A DNA stretch of 63,873 nt, the filler included, from Octopus bimaculoides (Eukaryota), in assembly GCF_001194135.2 (NCBI RefSeq). It is 6 parts of 6 records of this genome, joined end to end, with 100 filler letters (N's around TTAATTAATTAA, not from the genome) between each part and the next. Parts side by side here need not be neighbours in the genome. Positions count along the whole stretch, not along the records: positions 28,685 to 46,523 come from NC_068985.1; positions 46,624 to 52,314 come from NC_068997.1; 4 more parts are not named here. The stretch is one strand, 5' to 3'. The translations under genes were made by a program, and so were the position numbers. Numbering within the stretch: the stretch's first letter is position 1; each line of letters opens with the position of its first letter. This document shows, in pieces, positions 37,568-49,809 of this stretch. Below the pieces are notes generated by a model. The model saw only the letters and a list, made by a program, of their open reading frames with translations. It made no database searches and was not told the DNA's origin.

Positions 37568-39402
37568 TATGTGTATCTGTTCAGATTTATATCAGCAGTC
37601 AAACAAAAGCACTAATAGATACACACGTGTACACAGGCATAAATGCACACACAAAAAAAGGCACACATGCACACACACACACGCATGCATACGCACATAC
37701 AGGCACACACATGCTCCAGTTTTTTACACATATGCAACATATATTCTCTAAAGGTTAGGTATGTGCAAAGTAAAATTAGATCCATGTCACGTGTTTGATA
37801 GCTTGTGTGTACGAGTGTGTGTGTGTGTGTGTGTGTTGTGCGCGTGTGTGAGTGTGCGTGTGTGTCTGTTTACGTGTCTGTGGACGCGTTTGGGTGCATG
37901 CACGCGCATACGCATGTATTTTTATACGCTACCTTTCTTCTTCCATTTCTTTGATTTCTTCCTATAACGATGAATTAAGTTAAAAGGTAATGCACTGAAT
38001 GTCACATGTGACATTCAGATGCAGGAAATCGACTCTCAGTTGGAGAAATTAAACAAAAGCTGATGGTAAATGAAGGATTATAATATCATGAAATTAATTT
38101 ACGTACTTATAGGGCAATTTTGTTTCCTTTTTTTTTTTTTTTAAGTAGGCAAAATGAAAACATGTTTCATTAGTCGGGGAACTCTTCCGCGAATTATATA
38201 AATTCGAACCAGGTTATTTATGTGACAAATATTTTTACATATAGAAAAATTTTTGCAAAGGTTTGTTAAAAACAGTATTTTGCAGTAATTAGCAATAATT
38301 CGTCTGCGTGCTTTCCTTTTTACAGCATTCTCATTGTTCGTAATTATAAAGAGGATGATTATGGTTTAAGCCCTCACATCTGCGTTAAATCTCTTGTTGT
38401 AGACCATTATTATATGGGGAATCCTCTGTTTCTTTGAATATTACACTATCGTTTGTTGAGACGTATCCTTTGAATAGGAGGTGCTTTTTGTATTGATCTA
38501 GTCCCTAAAATCCTAGCCTAGGGGTTGTTTTGTTTCCTTTTGAGGTCATTATCTGATATATGTACATATACACTTTTTCGGCTGGGAATTCATAAGATTG
38601 GCCTAACTTTATGTGTAAGTAAACCTCAACACGGCTGAGATGCAATTGTAGTTAAGTCATAGAAAATGTAGTAAACTGATTCTTCATCATATCCACATAC
38701 TCCGCAAATGTCATGATCTGCTTTATTCTGTTTTGAGCGAACTACTTTGGGATGAATTTATTCGGTTCTCAATCAATAATTTTGTATTCTCGAATTTGAA
38801 TCTTGAGCTTCTCAGCATGCATTCCAAATGTTTATAGTTTTATTCCGATATACTAAAAACTTCTACTTATTGCCCACACGGACGCTTCTCTTTCCTCCTT
38901 TCCCTTATGACATTGAATAGCCCCCATTCCTCTTTACATTTTAGACATTATATTTACTAGGCTGGGTCGTTGGTCTGCTGTTTTGTATGAGATGTCATCC
39001 GAGAAACGATTTGTATCCATTTCTGTTAGTTTTCCATTATTCATGACATATTGTTGCATTTCTACAGTGAATAATTTATAAACATATTAATGTTACACGT
39101 GGTAAGTGTAATCTTTCGATGACTGATTTTGGGTAGTGCATTCTAAATGTCGTCGCATATTTGTTTTCTTTTTCCTTTGTTTCTATGAAATTCTGAATAT
39201 TAGGAGGTTACCTTGGGTTGCGTCAACTAGATAGTTATTTTATTTATTTATTTATTTACACTTTTTGCATTTAGCTCTATTTTATATATTGATATAATGC
39301 GTTTATAATTCTACTTCCTGACTTTTACTTCTATTTGTATGTCTGCATTTGTTATAAATCTTTAACTAAGTTTCTTTTTATAAATATTAATATTCTTAAT
39401 GT

Positions 39403-39590
39403 TGGTTTCAAATTTTGGCACAAGGCCAGAAGGTTCGACGGAAAGGGACGTAAGTCGATTACATCGATCCCATTGCTCAACTGGTACTATTTTATCGACT
39501 CCGAAGGGATGAAACGCAAATTCGACTTCGGCAGTATTAGAAATCAGTACATAAAAACAGACGAAATTCCGCAATGAATTTCGTCTAACT
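39403..39590 (-). mobile_element. Nin-domain-type SINE (family B)
   Basis: TGGTTTCAAATTTTGGCACAAGGCC...AACTGGTACTATTTTATCGACTCCGAAGGGATGAAA. Confidence 0.75.
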
Positions 39591-41109
39591 TTTTTGTTAA
39601 CGTGAGTCTCAGATGAAATTGACGCCTCCTTCAAATGAATTGTAAATGCGTATAACATTGTTCCTAGTTGGTAAAGAGAATAAACACTGTGCGTGCTGCA
39701 TCAACGCCAGTAATGTTACAGACTTCGAAATCGTCGACAGCACATAGAAGCCTATAGCGAGTCCAATAGAACGGTTATGCAAAATGACCAAGATTTTTCA
39801 AAAACATTTCAATAGCTCCTATTTTGATGTTGTTTATGCGAAATGATACGTCACTGATCTTGAAACAACTAAAAAATTTCGGGTACATACAGAGCTACTT
39901 GAACATCATCGGTAATGGAATCAATGCTTTTAAATATAATAGTATCTTCTAGAAGTTTGTTATAATATCACTGTTAACTTTATACAATTCTCCATTTTTC
40001 GCTGTAAAATGATCCTTGAAAATTGCCTTTAAACATTCTGGAAATTGCTTTAATACAGATGAAGAATTAAGACTTTCTTAGTGTTAAGATTTAAATGAAG
40101 TTGAATCTCAGTAATATTTACATATAATTTATTAACATCATGAAGAATAATTCCTTTACCAAACTGCAAAAACCTTTTACTATGGTGTCCAAGCTGATCA
40201 TGGCACATGGTAATATTATTATTACGACAATGTAGAACTATCATATTATTATTTGGAGGGCAAAGTTTGCGAAAGTTCCAAATATAAGTTTTTAAATATG
40301 CATTAATGATGGCGGGCTGCTGTGCACTTTGTATTACCGCAAGAATCTGTTGAAAATTTCGCTCTAAAAACCTATTGAAACATATTTCCTAGGTTTCCTT
40401 AGACGGTATTCCAAACAATGGATCATATGTATTGAAAATTAGCTACACTTGCACTTCTGCGTTCCTGCACTCCCACATACCCTACACTCCTGCACCGAGG
40501 TCTAGCCAGAGCTGATCTTTCTGATCAATTCACCAACGAATAATGATTCCTTGGTCATCATATCCTGAGTCTTCGATCTAGGAAAACAAATTAGTAATAG
40601 TGGCACATAGATGATTTGTCTTAAGTTACCCATTGAACATATTAAAATAAAAGCTCAGTAGCATACAGTGATATTATTTTCCAATTTGAACTTAAAGTTG
40701 TAGGTATTCGGAAATAGAATCTTGTGTGAGAAGTGCGTTCCGACATCAACAAAGTTGTAATGCTGGAAAACATTGTAGCAAGTTGCTCCTACGTGCATAT
40801 GATTGCAAAATTTATCAAAAAAGTTTTACCTGTACCGGTTGATTCACAGATAAATTTGAATCCACCTTCATTACAAACTATTTTACTTTTAAGGAACTCA
40901 AATCGGATCCTTTTCGTCGTCAGTTAGCAAGTGGGTATGCTAATTTAAATATAGTTTCTGCATCAAAATTTATGTCATCTTTATGAGTTGAGACGTTAAT
41001 GTGTGTTAGACCATTGTTAGCAGCGGGGAAACCGAACGAAATGTTACTTCGGTCATATTGTACGAGTTGAATATTTTAGATCATTCACTACATATTCCGC
41101 AGGTTTTTC

Positions 41110-42600
41110 ATATCCTAACTAAGGCATTCAACCACAAGTTATGAAGTTTATCCTTTCCTGGAAACTTCCATTTGCTTGACTTCCTGAGAGCAGATCTTAC
41201 ATCCTCTATCTTGATACCCTCCCACTTTTGCTTTTTTAAGTAGTCTATGTCTGTAGATATTCTATCAGTTCAAGGGGCCTCTTCAATGTGTGTGTTTTCT
41301 TCTGCCCATATTTTATTCTAAAATTACTGCTCTTCTTCTTTCGCTGGGACAGACTTTACTGTAACTGGTATTCTCCCTATCTTCCGGTTCACAATTTTCG
41401 GATTAGCTTTGGGGACAGCTTTAGCACATACCTTTTTCTTGATGGTTACTATGGTGGTATCGATGTCAAGTATGGTTTTAATATTATATGTTTCTTTAAT
41501 TTTAGTATTTTTGTTGGCTTGAGAGACTTGTCATACTTAAGGGTTTTTAAACATTCTATGTCAGACCTGAGTAGCTGAATTTGGTGTTGAATACGCTTTT
41601 GCCAAGTAGGCTTTTTGTGGGAATGTTGTTGTCATCTAACCTTTTCCCCGCATATAATCGCTGAGATTTTCGCGGATGCATAGTACAAGTGACTGAGATC
41701 TGTAATATCAACACCATTACCTGAAATTATATCCTTAAGTGCAAGGCGGATTTTAACAATTGCTTTCAGGTTTTGGTTAGAAATGCAAATTTTTGGGAGA
41801 GTGTCGCGTTCATTCATATTGCTTTCTTTAATTTTCATCCATTCAATCATGATTTGATTTTTTAGACCATAAATCTTTCGGGTAATTTCTGTGTGACTTT
41901 GTCCATCTATTTGATTTTCATCTGCCCTAGTGTTTATGGTTGGTTCAGAGAGTGTTTCACTTTGCTATCACATACACTAACTCTTTTAATCATTATTGCA
42001 TTTTCATCAGACCTGGGTTGTTCTATGATTATTTCTTCTGTAGTATCTTCTTTAGCTGCAACTTCGTTCCTTTTATCCCTTACTGATTGTTTAATCTGGC
42101 CAATCTCTAATTCAGTTAGTAATATATTTTTCGTAATGTTTCTTCTGACGTTGGCAAGTTTGTTACTGTCTATGTAGGTTCTTACTTCACGACGTTTCTG
42201 TGTCCAGTTTAAGTAGGTTTGTACAGTATTAGATTTATTTGTGGGGAAATACATCGCATGACAGAAGGCTTGGAGACCTTCTTTATTATCTCCCCTAGGT
42301 CAATTTTCATCTTTTTCATTTGGTAATTTGATGACGAGCATGGATGGCCATCTGTTGGAATATTTCGATTGTGGGGTACTTTCAGCTCCTGTGTTTGGGG
42401 AAGATTTGAACCAGTAACTGATTTTGCGTACCCGATCTGGTTCATCATTCGAGTACGCGGTCCTTCGTGACCCGGCTGACGACTGATACCGTTTGTATTT
42501 TTCTTTGTTATCAATGGGGCGTGAGGAGCTTGGACGTTGACATTAGGGGATGGATCTGTTTGTTTCGGGTTAGGTTTTTGAGACAACATCACCTCCCAGT
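41110..42600 (-). mobile_element. R4/Dong-type RLE LINE, 5' portion (N-terminal domain to start of RT), degenerate
   Basis: Minus-strand translations include EVRTYIDSNKLANVRRNITKNILLTELEI, KPTWQKRIQHQIQLLRSDI and IEDVRSALRKSSKWKFPGKDKLHNLWL (KxPGxD at RT start). Many stops. The 5' boundary is uncertain. Confidence 0.7.
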
Positions 42601-43167
42601 TCTCTGAATGAAAACACTGCTTGTAACGTAGCTTCTTAAAGCTAACAGATCTGTATTCACCTGCTTTTTAAATTTTATTTTTGATAGATTTATCTCCGGG
42701 CATAGATATTTTGTGGTGATTTTAAACTTATGATTTGTTCACTCTGTCGTGTTAGTTCCAAACATTTTTTTAATGTTTTACATTGTCTTTTTTTTGCTTA
42801 GTTTGTGACACATGTTTTCATATGTGTGTATGTGTGTCCTGTAAATTTCACGTAGGTGTGTAAACATTGAGATGTATGTGTAGTATTACAATGTATATAC
42901 GATTGTGCAAACATTCGAGTATATGCGTAATTAATTATATTATGTATTTACTGTTTTGTTCCATTTATATTTTATAATTTGAAAAGTGTCAGATGCTGAT
43001 TTCACATCTGTGTTTCGCACATGTTTCACTAAAACATCGTGCATAGGAGAAACTGTACTTTGTATGGCAGTAAAATTTCGTTTTTGTGATTAGTTTCGTT
43101 AAAGGGTCGCTTCCTTCACGTATTCCACAGGTTCCTTTATCCCATTCCATCGATGGTATTAGATTAG

Positions 43168-43205
<38 letters not shown>

Positions 43206-44712
43206 CATTATAACTATGATTATTCGCACTTGATGAAAACTTGGCCTTTAGTTCATAAATGTATTGCTTTAAGTTGTTAATTGTGTATTTTGCTACAAAA
43301 CGCTTGGTAAACCCATCACCATTGCATATGAGTGGCTTGCTCTTTAGTCAGTGTCACTATGGGGCTCAATTTCAAAAGAGAAGTTCTCATTTTGTTTTGG
43401 AAAAAGTAATTTTATAAGCATTTATATATCGTCTGCTCGGCTAGCAGACATAGAAGAGGAAGTAAGAGTCAGTTTTGAGTCACATGAAATGGAAGGGAAG
43501 TTGAATAATCATAAAGTACAAATTTCAGTAGACCGCACTACCACTATGACAGGAAACGCGGGATAAATAAAATTCATAATTTTATTTATCTTCATGTGTT
43601 TTGAGGAATGAAATTGCAGTGGAGTCAGAATATTTTATGAGAATGTGTATTTGCGGTTATTCCGTCGAACTACCGTTATTGTACATGACGTCATGCCTAC
43701 GTCCACTGAATCCTTCAGGTAGAGGATTCTGCTGAGCAACCCGAAATAAATTAAGTTATATTGTTTGTATTTTAGTGTGAACACTAGTTGTAAATCCTTA
43801 CAGGTTCCAATTTCTGTAAAAGTTGTAATATTTCTGTAAACGTTGTAATATTTCTGTTATAATTGTTATACGATAAAGAATGCTTACCTCTCTCTGTGTT
43901 TCAGGGTATAACGTTCTGTCAGTCTCGTGAAGTTTTATTTAGATTGAAGGTACTGGTTAAAAGTTCTCTTATATTTTCTTGCAGAAATATCTGTTGTAAA
44001 TGAGGATAGTTTTCTGAAATGCGTTGGAAACTTTCAAGTAATACTTCTGAAATGGTAGCAAACTGTTGGTGCTAATTTATCACTAAAGGAATTCGGTCAT
44101 AAATTGTACTTTGACTGCTAAAATTAGATGAGAAGGTTTGAATTTTCTTGCTAATTTTAGCTATGTCATGTACGATTTCATATAATCGTGATTCACTATA
44201 AACGCGTTTGACATAATAGCGACAAAATGGCACATTCGCATGTTTCCAACAACTTCATATGTCGAAAGAAATCCGTTTTTTTTTACTAAAAAAATTAGGA
44301 CTTTGGAGTTGACTTTATTATGCAATGTAGTCGATTGGAGTCATAGTGAAGATAATTACGAGATGATGTGGGTTTGCGAAATAACTCTTTTTTATTCGGC
44401 CTTCTGAAAACTTAACTTTCGTCTTCCACATTTCGATGTTAGTTTTGACAAAGTCAAGGAGAAATTTATTTTGGACTTAAGATATAGTCGTTCCGAAGCT
44501 ATAACAGAAATGCAAAAACTTAACTAAACCATTCTACTTTCCTTAGAAGACGTCTTTAGTTTCAGTAAGCCTTTGTATATTTGGCTTAAATCCTTTGTAG
44601 ATTTTCTGATTTCTCTTCCTATTAACATATCATGCTGCAGCACATTTGCTATCAACTTCTGGTAACCTTATCTCACAAAACTTAATGTATCGATTTACCG
44701 TCGTAATTAATA

Positions 44713-44850
44713 GTGGTTTCAAATTTTGGCACAAGACCAGCAATTTGGGGCGAAATCGACTGATATTTGCTTTATCGATCCTGAAGGGATGAGAGGCAAA
44801 GTCGACTTTGGCAGAATTTGAACTCGGGGCATAATTGGCAAACGAAATAT
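44713..44850 (-). mobile_element. Nin-domain-type SINE (family B), internally deleted and 5'-truncated
   Basis: GGTTTCAAATTTTGGCACAAG...TTTATCGATCCTGAAGGGATGAGAGGCAAAGTCGACTTTGGCAGAATTTGAACTC. Confidence 0.75.
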
Positions 44851-44991
44851 TTTCTTCTTCTTCTTCTTCTTCTTCTTCTTCTTCTTCTTCTTCTTCTTCT
44901 TCTTCTTCTTCTTCTTCTTCTTCTTCTTCTTCTTCTTCTTCTTCTTCTTCTTCTTCGTCTTCTTCTTCTTCTTCTTCTTCTTCTTCTTCTT

Positions 44992-45063
<72 letters not shown>

Positions 45064-45080
45064 ATTATTAATATTATTAT
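44851..45080. repeat. Compound microsatellite: about 56 units of (CTT) followed by (ATT)n
   Basis: Direct reading. One interruption in the CTT run. Confidence 0.95.
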
Positions 45081-46284
45081 GACCATCAGCCTGTGATGTC
45101 ATAGAAGCTGGAGCTCTGAAATTTCTAAGTGTTTAATCAAGCATTTCGGCTGGTTACAGCCTGTCATTCAAACTTTTAACAAGTATTTTACTTACATTGA
45201 CTGGATCGAGGTGGTAGTATTTTGTGTAATTGCATCCCTTTTTTGGAGGTGTAATAGTTGCTTTGCATCTTTGCATTTTTTGTGAAAACAGGATTTTATT
45301 TATTTTTCCATTTTTAAAAATGTCGGATTACGAAATACTAAATCGACCAAGAGCGAGCCTTCTGTTGACTCAGTTGTAACTCCGAAAATAAATGCAGACG
45401 AAGGTGAAATTAATTTCGCGTCAAAGAGAAATATAATTTCCTCTTGTTGCTACCCTGACAGTAATAAGTGCAAAAGTACCAGCAGCAACGATAATGATGA
45501 CGACGACGACTACAACAGTAGCAACAGTGTGCACAGCAGGTGCAGCAGCACCACCACCACCACCACCACCACCACCACCATTACTACCACTATCACCACA
45601 ACCAGCCGAAACAACAACAATAACATCAAATGTATCAACAACATCAGCAACAAGATGAACGAGTTTGAAAACTAGAAAGGTAACATGAACAAGGTTGAAA
45701 ACAACAACAGTGATATATGTGTGGAAAACAGCCACAACGACGACGAAAACGACACCACTAACAACAACAGCAACAACAACAACAACAGCAGCAGCAGCAG
45801 CAGCAATAATAAACCTCAAAAAAGCTAATTCCCTTTTAAAGCCGTTAGCAACTGGACTACATATTTGAGTGAATGATTTACAAAATAAAACACTGAAATA
45901 CAAGAGGAACATTATAAGACGAGTTGTTATGTGCCTTAGTGAGATAGAAAAAAAAAACCCTCCGAAAGATGAACGATTGTTTGAAAATGGGTTTCTATCA
46001 AGGAGAGGAAACTTAAATTTCCTACTTGGGCAGAGAGCAAAGCATGGGTCGAAAATGTTTGGCTTTCAGTACTACACATACAGAAAGGTAAATAATATGG
46101 GATAGTAGCTGCTATATGCAGCAGTGAATAAGAAGCCAGCAGAATGGCTACTATAACTTGCACGTCCCATGCGTTTGTAATGATTCATCATTACATGGGT
46201 AAAATGTTGACTCGATTTCGAGTCAATAACATGCCGGGTCACCGTGATCTGGCGAGGGTTTTAACCATTCTGGAGGAGCATTCT

Positions 46285-46495
46285 TTCTTTTCTCTTTTCT
46301 TTTATTTCTTTCATTCATTTGACTGCGGCCATGTTGGAGCACCGCCTTTAGTCGAGCAAATCGGCCCCAGGACTTATTTTTGTAAGCCTAGTAATTATTC
46401 TATCTGTCTCTCTTGCAGAACCGCTATGTTACGGGGACGTAAACACACCCCATCGGTTGTCAAGTGACGTTGGAGGACAAACACAGACACACATG
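46285..46495 (-). mobile_element. SINE family A 3' half
   Basis: CATTTGACTGCGGCCATG...CACCGCCTTTAGTCGAGCAAATCG...GGGGACGTAAACACACC. Confidence 0.85.
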
Positions 46496-46655
46496 CATAC
46501 ATACATATATATATATATGAATANNNNNNNNNNNNNNNNNNNNNNNNNNNNNNNNNNNNNNNNNNNNTTAATTAATTAANNNNNNNNNNNNNNNNNNNNN
46601 NNNNNNNNNNNNNNNNNNNNNNNTATATATATATATACATATATATATATTATTG

Positions 46656-46767
46656 TGTCTGGGGAGAGTCATTCTATTTTAGAGCCTTATTAATTAACAC
46701 ACTCATCGGTTCGATTTTCAATCATTTGCTTATTTATATTTTCTAAAATTTTCGTTGCTTCTTGCAA
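46656..46767. repeat. 112-bp repeat, inverted copy at 49563-49674
   Basis: TGTCTGGGGAGAGTCATTC...TAATTAACACAC...GGTTCGATT...GTTGCTTCTTGCAA occurs on opposite strands at the two positions. Confidence 0.8.
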
Positions 46768-46834
46768 CTTCTTCAATAGATGTTGACTATTGCGCCGCAT
46801 GTAATTCTCTGGTATGACCAGAAAATTTGGTTTC

Positions 46835-47438
46835 GGATATACAGGGTAGCTGCCCTAGATACAGAAGTACAGACTGGAAAAGGATACAAAGAGTTTGTGA
46901 CAAAGCAAACAGGGTGAACTCATTGTACAAGGCCGACAAATATCAAGGAGTGATGTTTGTAGAGGCCACAGTCAATGGAGAACTAGCCCAAAGATTTAGG
47001 AAAGTACTGAGGGAGGCCAAACTCAACATTAAGATCGTTCAAAAACCAGGGAGCTCCATCAGATCACAATTATGTAGGAATACTCTTTTGAGAGTATGCC
47101 ATGCACCAATGAGAAATGCATGGTATGTAAGATTAACCCTGGCATTAACTGTCGGACTAGAAATGTAGACTACAGCATAAGGTGCATGGAAGGTGCTTGT
47201 GAAGACAAGAACATAACATACATTGGTGAGACATCTAGAAGCATTGCTGAGAGAGTAGATGGATATTTGAGACAATATCACGACAAAATAACAGTCCTCC
47301 ATACTCTACCAACATGCCAAAGATGGAGGCACGTTGTGTCTACTTGACATCCGCATTTTATCCAAGCACCTGAAGAACCCAACACTCCGACGAATACAGG
47401 AGTACGTCATCATAAATGAAACATCCCTAGTGGTAAAT
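46835..47438 (+). mobile_element. Penelope-like element 3' coding fragment with Cys-rich linker and GIY-YIG endonuclease (Neptune-like)
   Basis: GVMFVEATVNGELAQRFRKVL...IKIVQKPGSSIRSQL, then (frameshift) CTNEKCMVC...NCRTRNVDYSIRC...C...TYIGETSRSIAER, then PTLRRIQEYVII. Clade call is tentative. Confidence 0.8.
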
Positions 47439-47949
47439 AGATATACGTAGAAGGTATATANNNNNNNNNNNNNNNNNNNNNNNNNNNNNNNNNNNNNNNN
47501 NNNNNNNNNNNNNNNNNNNNNNNNNNNNNNNNNNNNNNNNNNNNNNNNNNNNNNNNNNNNNNNNNNNNNNNNNNNNNNNNNNNNNNNNNNNNNNNNNNNN
47601 NNNNNNNNNNNNNNNNNNNNNNNNNNNNNNNNNNNNNNNNNNNNNNNNNNNNNNNNNNNNNNNNNNNNNNNNNNNNNNNNNNNNNNNNNNNNNNNNNNNN
47701 NNNNNNNNNNNNNNNNNNNNNNNNNNNNNNNNNNNNNNNNNNNNNNNNNNNNNNNNNNNNNNNNNNNNNNNNNNNNNNNNNNNNNNNNNNNNNNNNNNNN
47801 NNNNNNNNNNNNNNNNNNNNNNNNNNNNNNNNNNNNNNNNNNNNNNNNNNNNNNNNNNNNNNNNNNNNNNNNNNNNNNNNNNNNNNNNNNNNNNNNNNNN
47901 NNNNNNNNNNNNNNNNNNNNNNNNNNNNNNNNNNNNNNNNNNNNNNNNN

Positions 47950-47981
<32 letters not shown>

Positions 47982-48491
47982 GTATGTATGTGTATGTATA
48001 TATATAACTCACATACACACGCAACAGACACTAACACATACACACACCTAAGTATACATACACACGTACACAAACATATATATATACGCACACACACGCG
48101 CACACAGATACAGGAACACACTGCAAGAAAAACACACTCACACAAAATACACATACACGCACACACACATACATAAAAAATGCCTGCTCACTTTCTACTG
48201 ACCATCTTCAACAACTACTTCCAAGTAATTCCTGCTACTAATCCCTTCTACAACGTTAAGCGACACACACACGCAAACACACACGCACACACACACGCAA
48301 ACACACACGCACACACACACGCACACACACACACACACACACACTAACAGATAAACAGCCAAACCACGTGCTGTTATTACACACACACTCATGGACCCGC
48401 GAGCACGCACACATACATACGTCCCTCTCTTGCACTCTCCTGTCTTACAAAGAACTTCTTCTCCACCCTTTCCCTTCCGGTCATTCGACAA

Positions 48492-48700
48492 TGTAACCTC
48501 GTGTATATCATTGGCAATTTTTTCTTTCCCCGTCTTCCCTTCTTTGGACTTTCCTATAGTTCCGACGAAGAGCTCCGCTCGAAACGTCAAATTCTCTTTC
48601 TTTCCTTTCCTGAGCATCCAGTAACACAATATCTGTATCACGTCCTCGCGTTGTTATTTTTTGTTGTTGTTTTTTTGTCGTTTTTCTTGTTTGAACTCAC
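48492..48700 (+). mobile_element. PLE pLTR-like short repeat carrying a hammerhead motif
   Basis: Colinear with the reverse complement of 48896-49090 (TTGGC.A.TTT...CCGTCTTCC...TTGGACTTTCCT...GCTCGAAACGT.AAA...TTTCCTTTC.TGAGC). Confidence 0.7.
48558..48592 (+). ncRNA. Minimal hammerhead motif, degenerate
   Basis: AGUU-CCGACGA-A-GAGC[ucc]GCUC-GAAAC-GUC-AAAU. U4 changed to C, one stem I mismatch. Confidence 0.65.
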
Positions 48701-48895
48701 TATATATATATATANNNNNNNNNNNNNNNNNNNNNNNNNNNNNNNNNNNNNNNNNNNNNNNNNNNNNNNNNNNNNNNNNNNNNNNNNNNNNNNNNNNNNN
48801 NNNNNNNNNNNNNNNNNNNNNNNNNNNNNNNNNNNNNNNAACGATTCACATGTGGTTTGAAATGTATATATATATATAATCCTCCCCCCCCCCAA

Positions 48896-49090
48896 AAAAA
48901 AACGAAGAACAAAGACAAAAAACAACAACGTTAGGACGCGGTACATGTAAAGTATTAGCAGACGCTCAAGAAAGGAAAAAAGATGGTTTAACGTTTCGAG
49001 CAACGCTCATCTTCAGAAACAGAGGAAAGTCCAATAGAAAAGGAAGACGGAAGAAGAAATTCGCCAACGATTCACATGTGGTTTGAAATG
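48896..49090 (-). mobile_element. PLE pLTR-like short repeat carrying an intact hammerhead motif
   Basis: Homologous to 48492-48700. Its first 25 nt recur at 48840-48864, 226 bp away. Confidence 0.7.
48986..49020 (-). ncRNA. Minimal type I hammerhead ribozyme with intact core
   Basis: GUUU-CUGAAGA-U-GAGC[guu]GCUC-GAAAC-GUU-AAAC. All conserved core positions, 4-bp stem I, 4-bp stem II and palindromic ACGU stem III. Confidence 0.8.
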
Positions 49091-49753
49091 TATATATATA
49101 TATAAGTAGGTAAATGGATATGTAAGTAAACAGATAAATAAGTAGATAGATAAGTACATAAGTATTACGAACAGACAAGCACACACTCACACTCACAAAA
49201 AAGGAATGAAACACATGACCATATACACACATGCACTCTTCACACACACACACAAGGACACATATGGAGACACGCATGCACACACAAGGAGACAGAGGTT
49301 CACACACAAATACATAGATATACACACGCATACACACATACAAACACACAGCATGAACACAAATTTTTGAAAACGCATGAATATGCAGTATACATATATC
49401 CTAACGTATATACACGCATACATATATATATATATATGTGCACGCATACACACAGATGTATGTATACATACATACAAATGTGCATCCACATGCAGCTGAC
49501 GTACACACATGCATACAAACAAACAGACAACGCAGCTCCGATAATGGACAAGTCAACGACCATTGCAAGAAGCAACAAACATTTTAGAAAAAATAGATAA
49601 GTAAATGAATGGAAATCGAACCGGTGCGTGTGTTAATTAAGAAGGCATGAAATCCGAATGACTCTCCCCAGACAGAATATGCTTCAACACACGAATTCAC
49701 ATAAAGTATCTTGCAAACCAAATACAAAAACGAAATATATATATATATGTTTC

Positions 49754-49809
<56 letters not shown>

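Noticed and set aside
39559-39586. 11-bp perfect hairpin AGACGAAATTC/GAATTTCGTCT
   Set aside because: Lies in the quasi-palindromic head of a family B SINE, so it is explained by that element.
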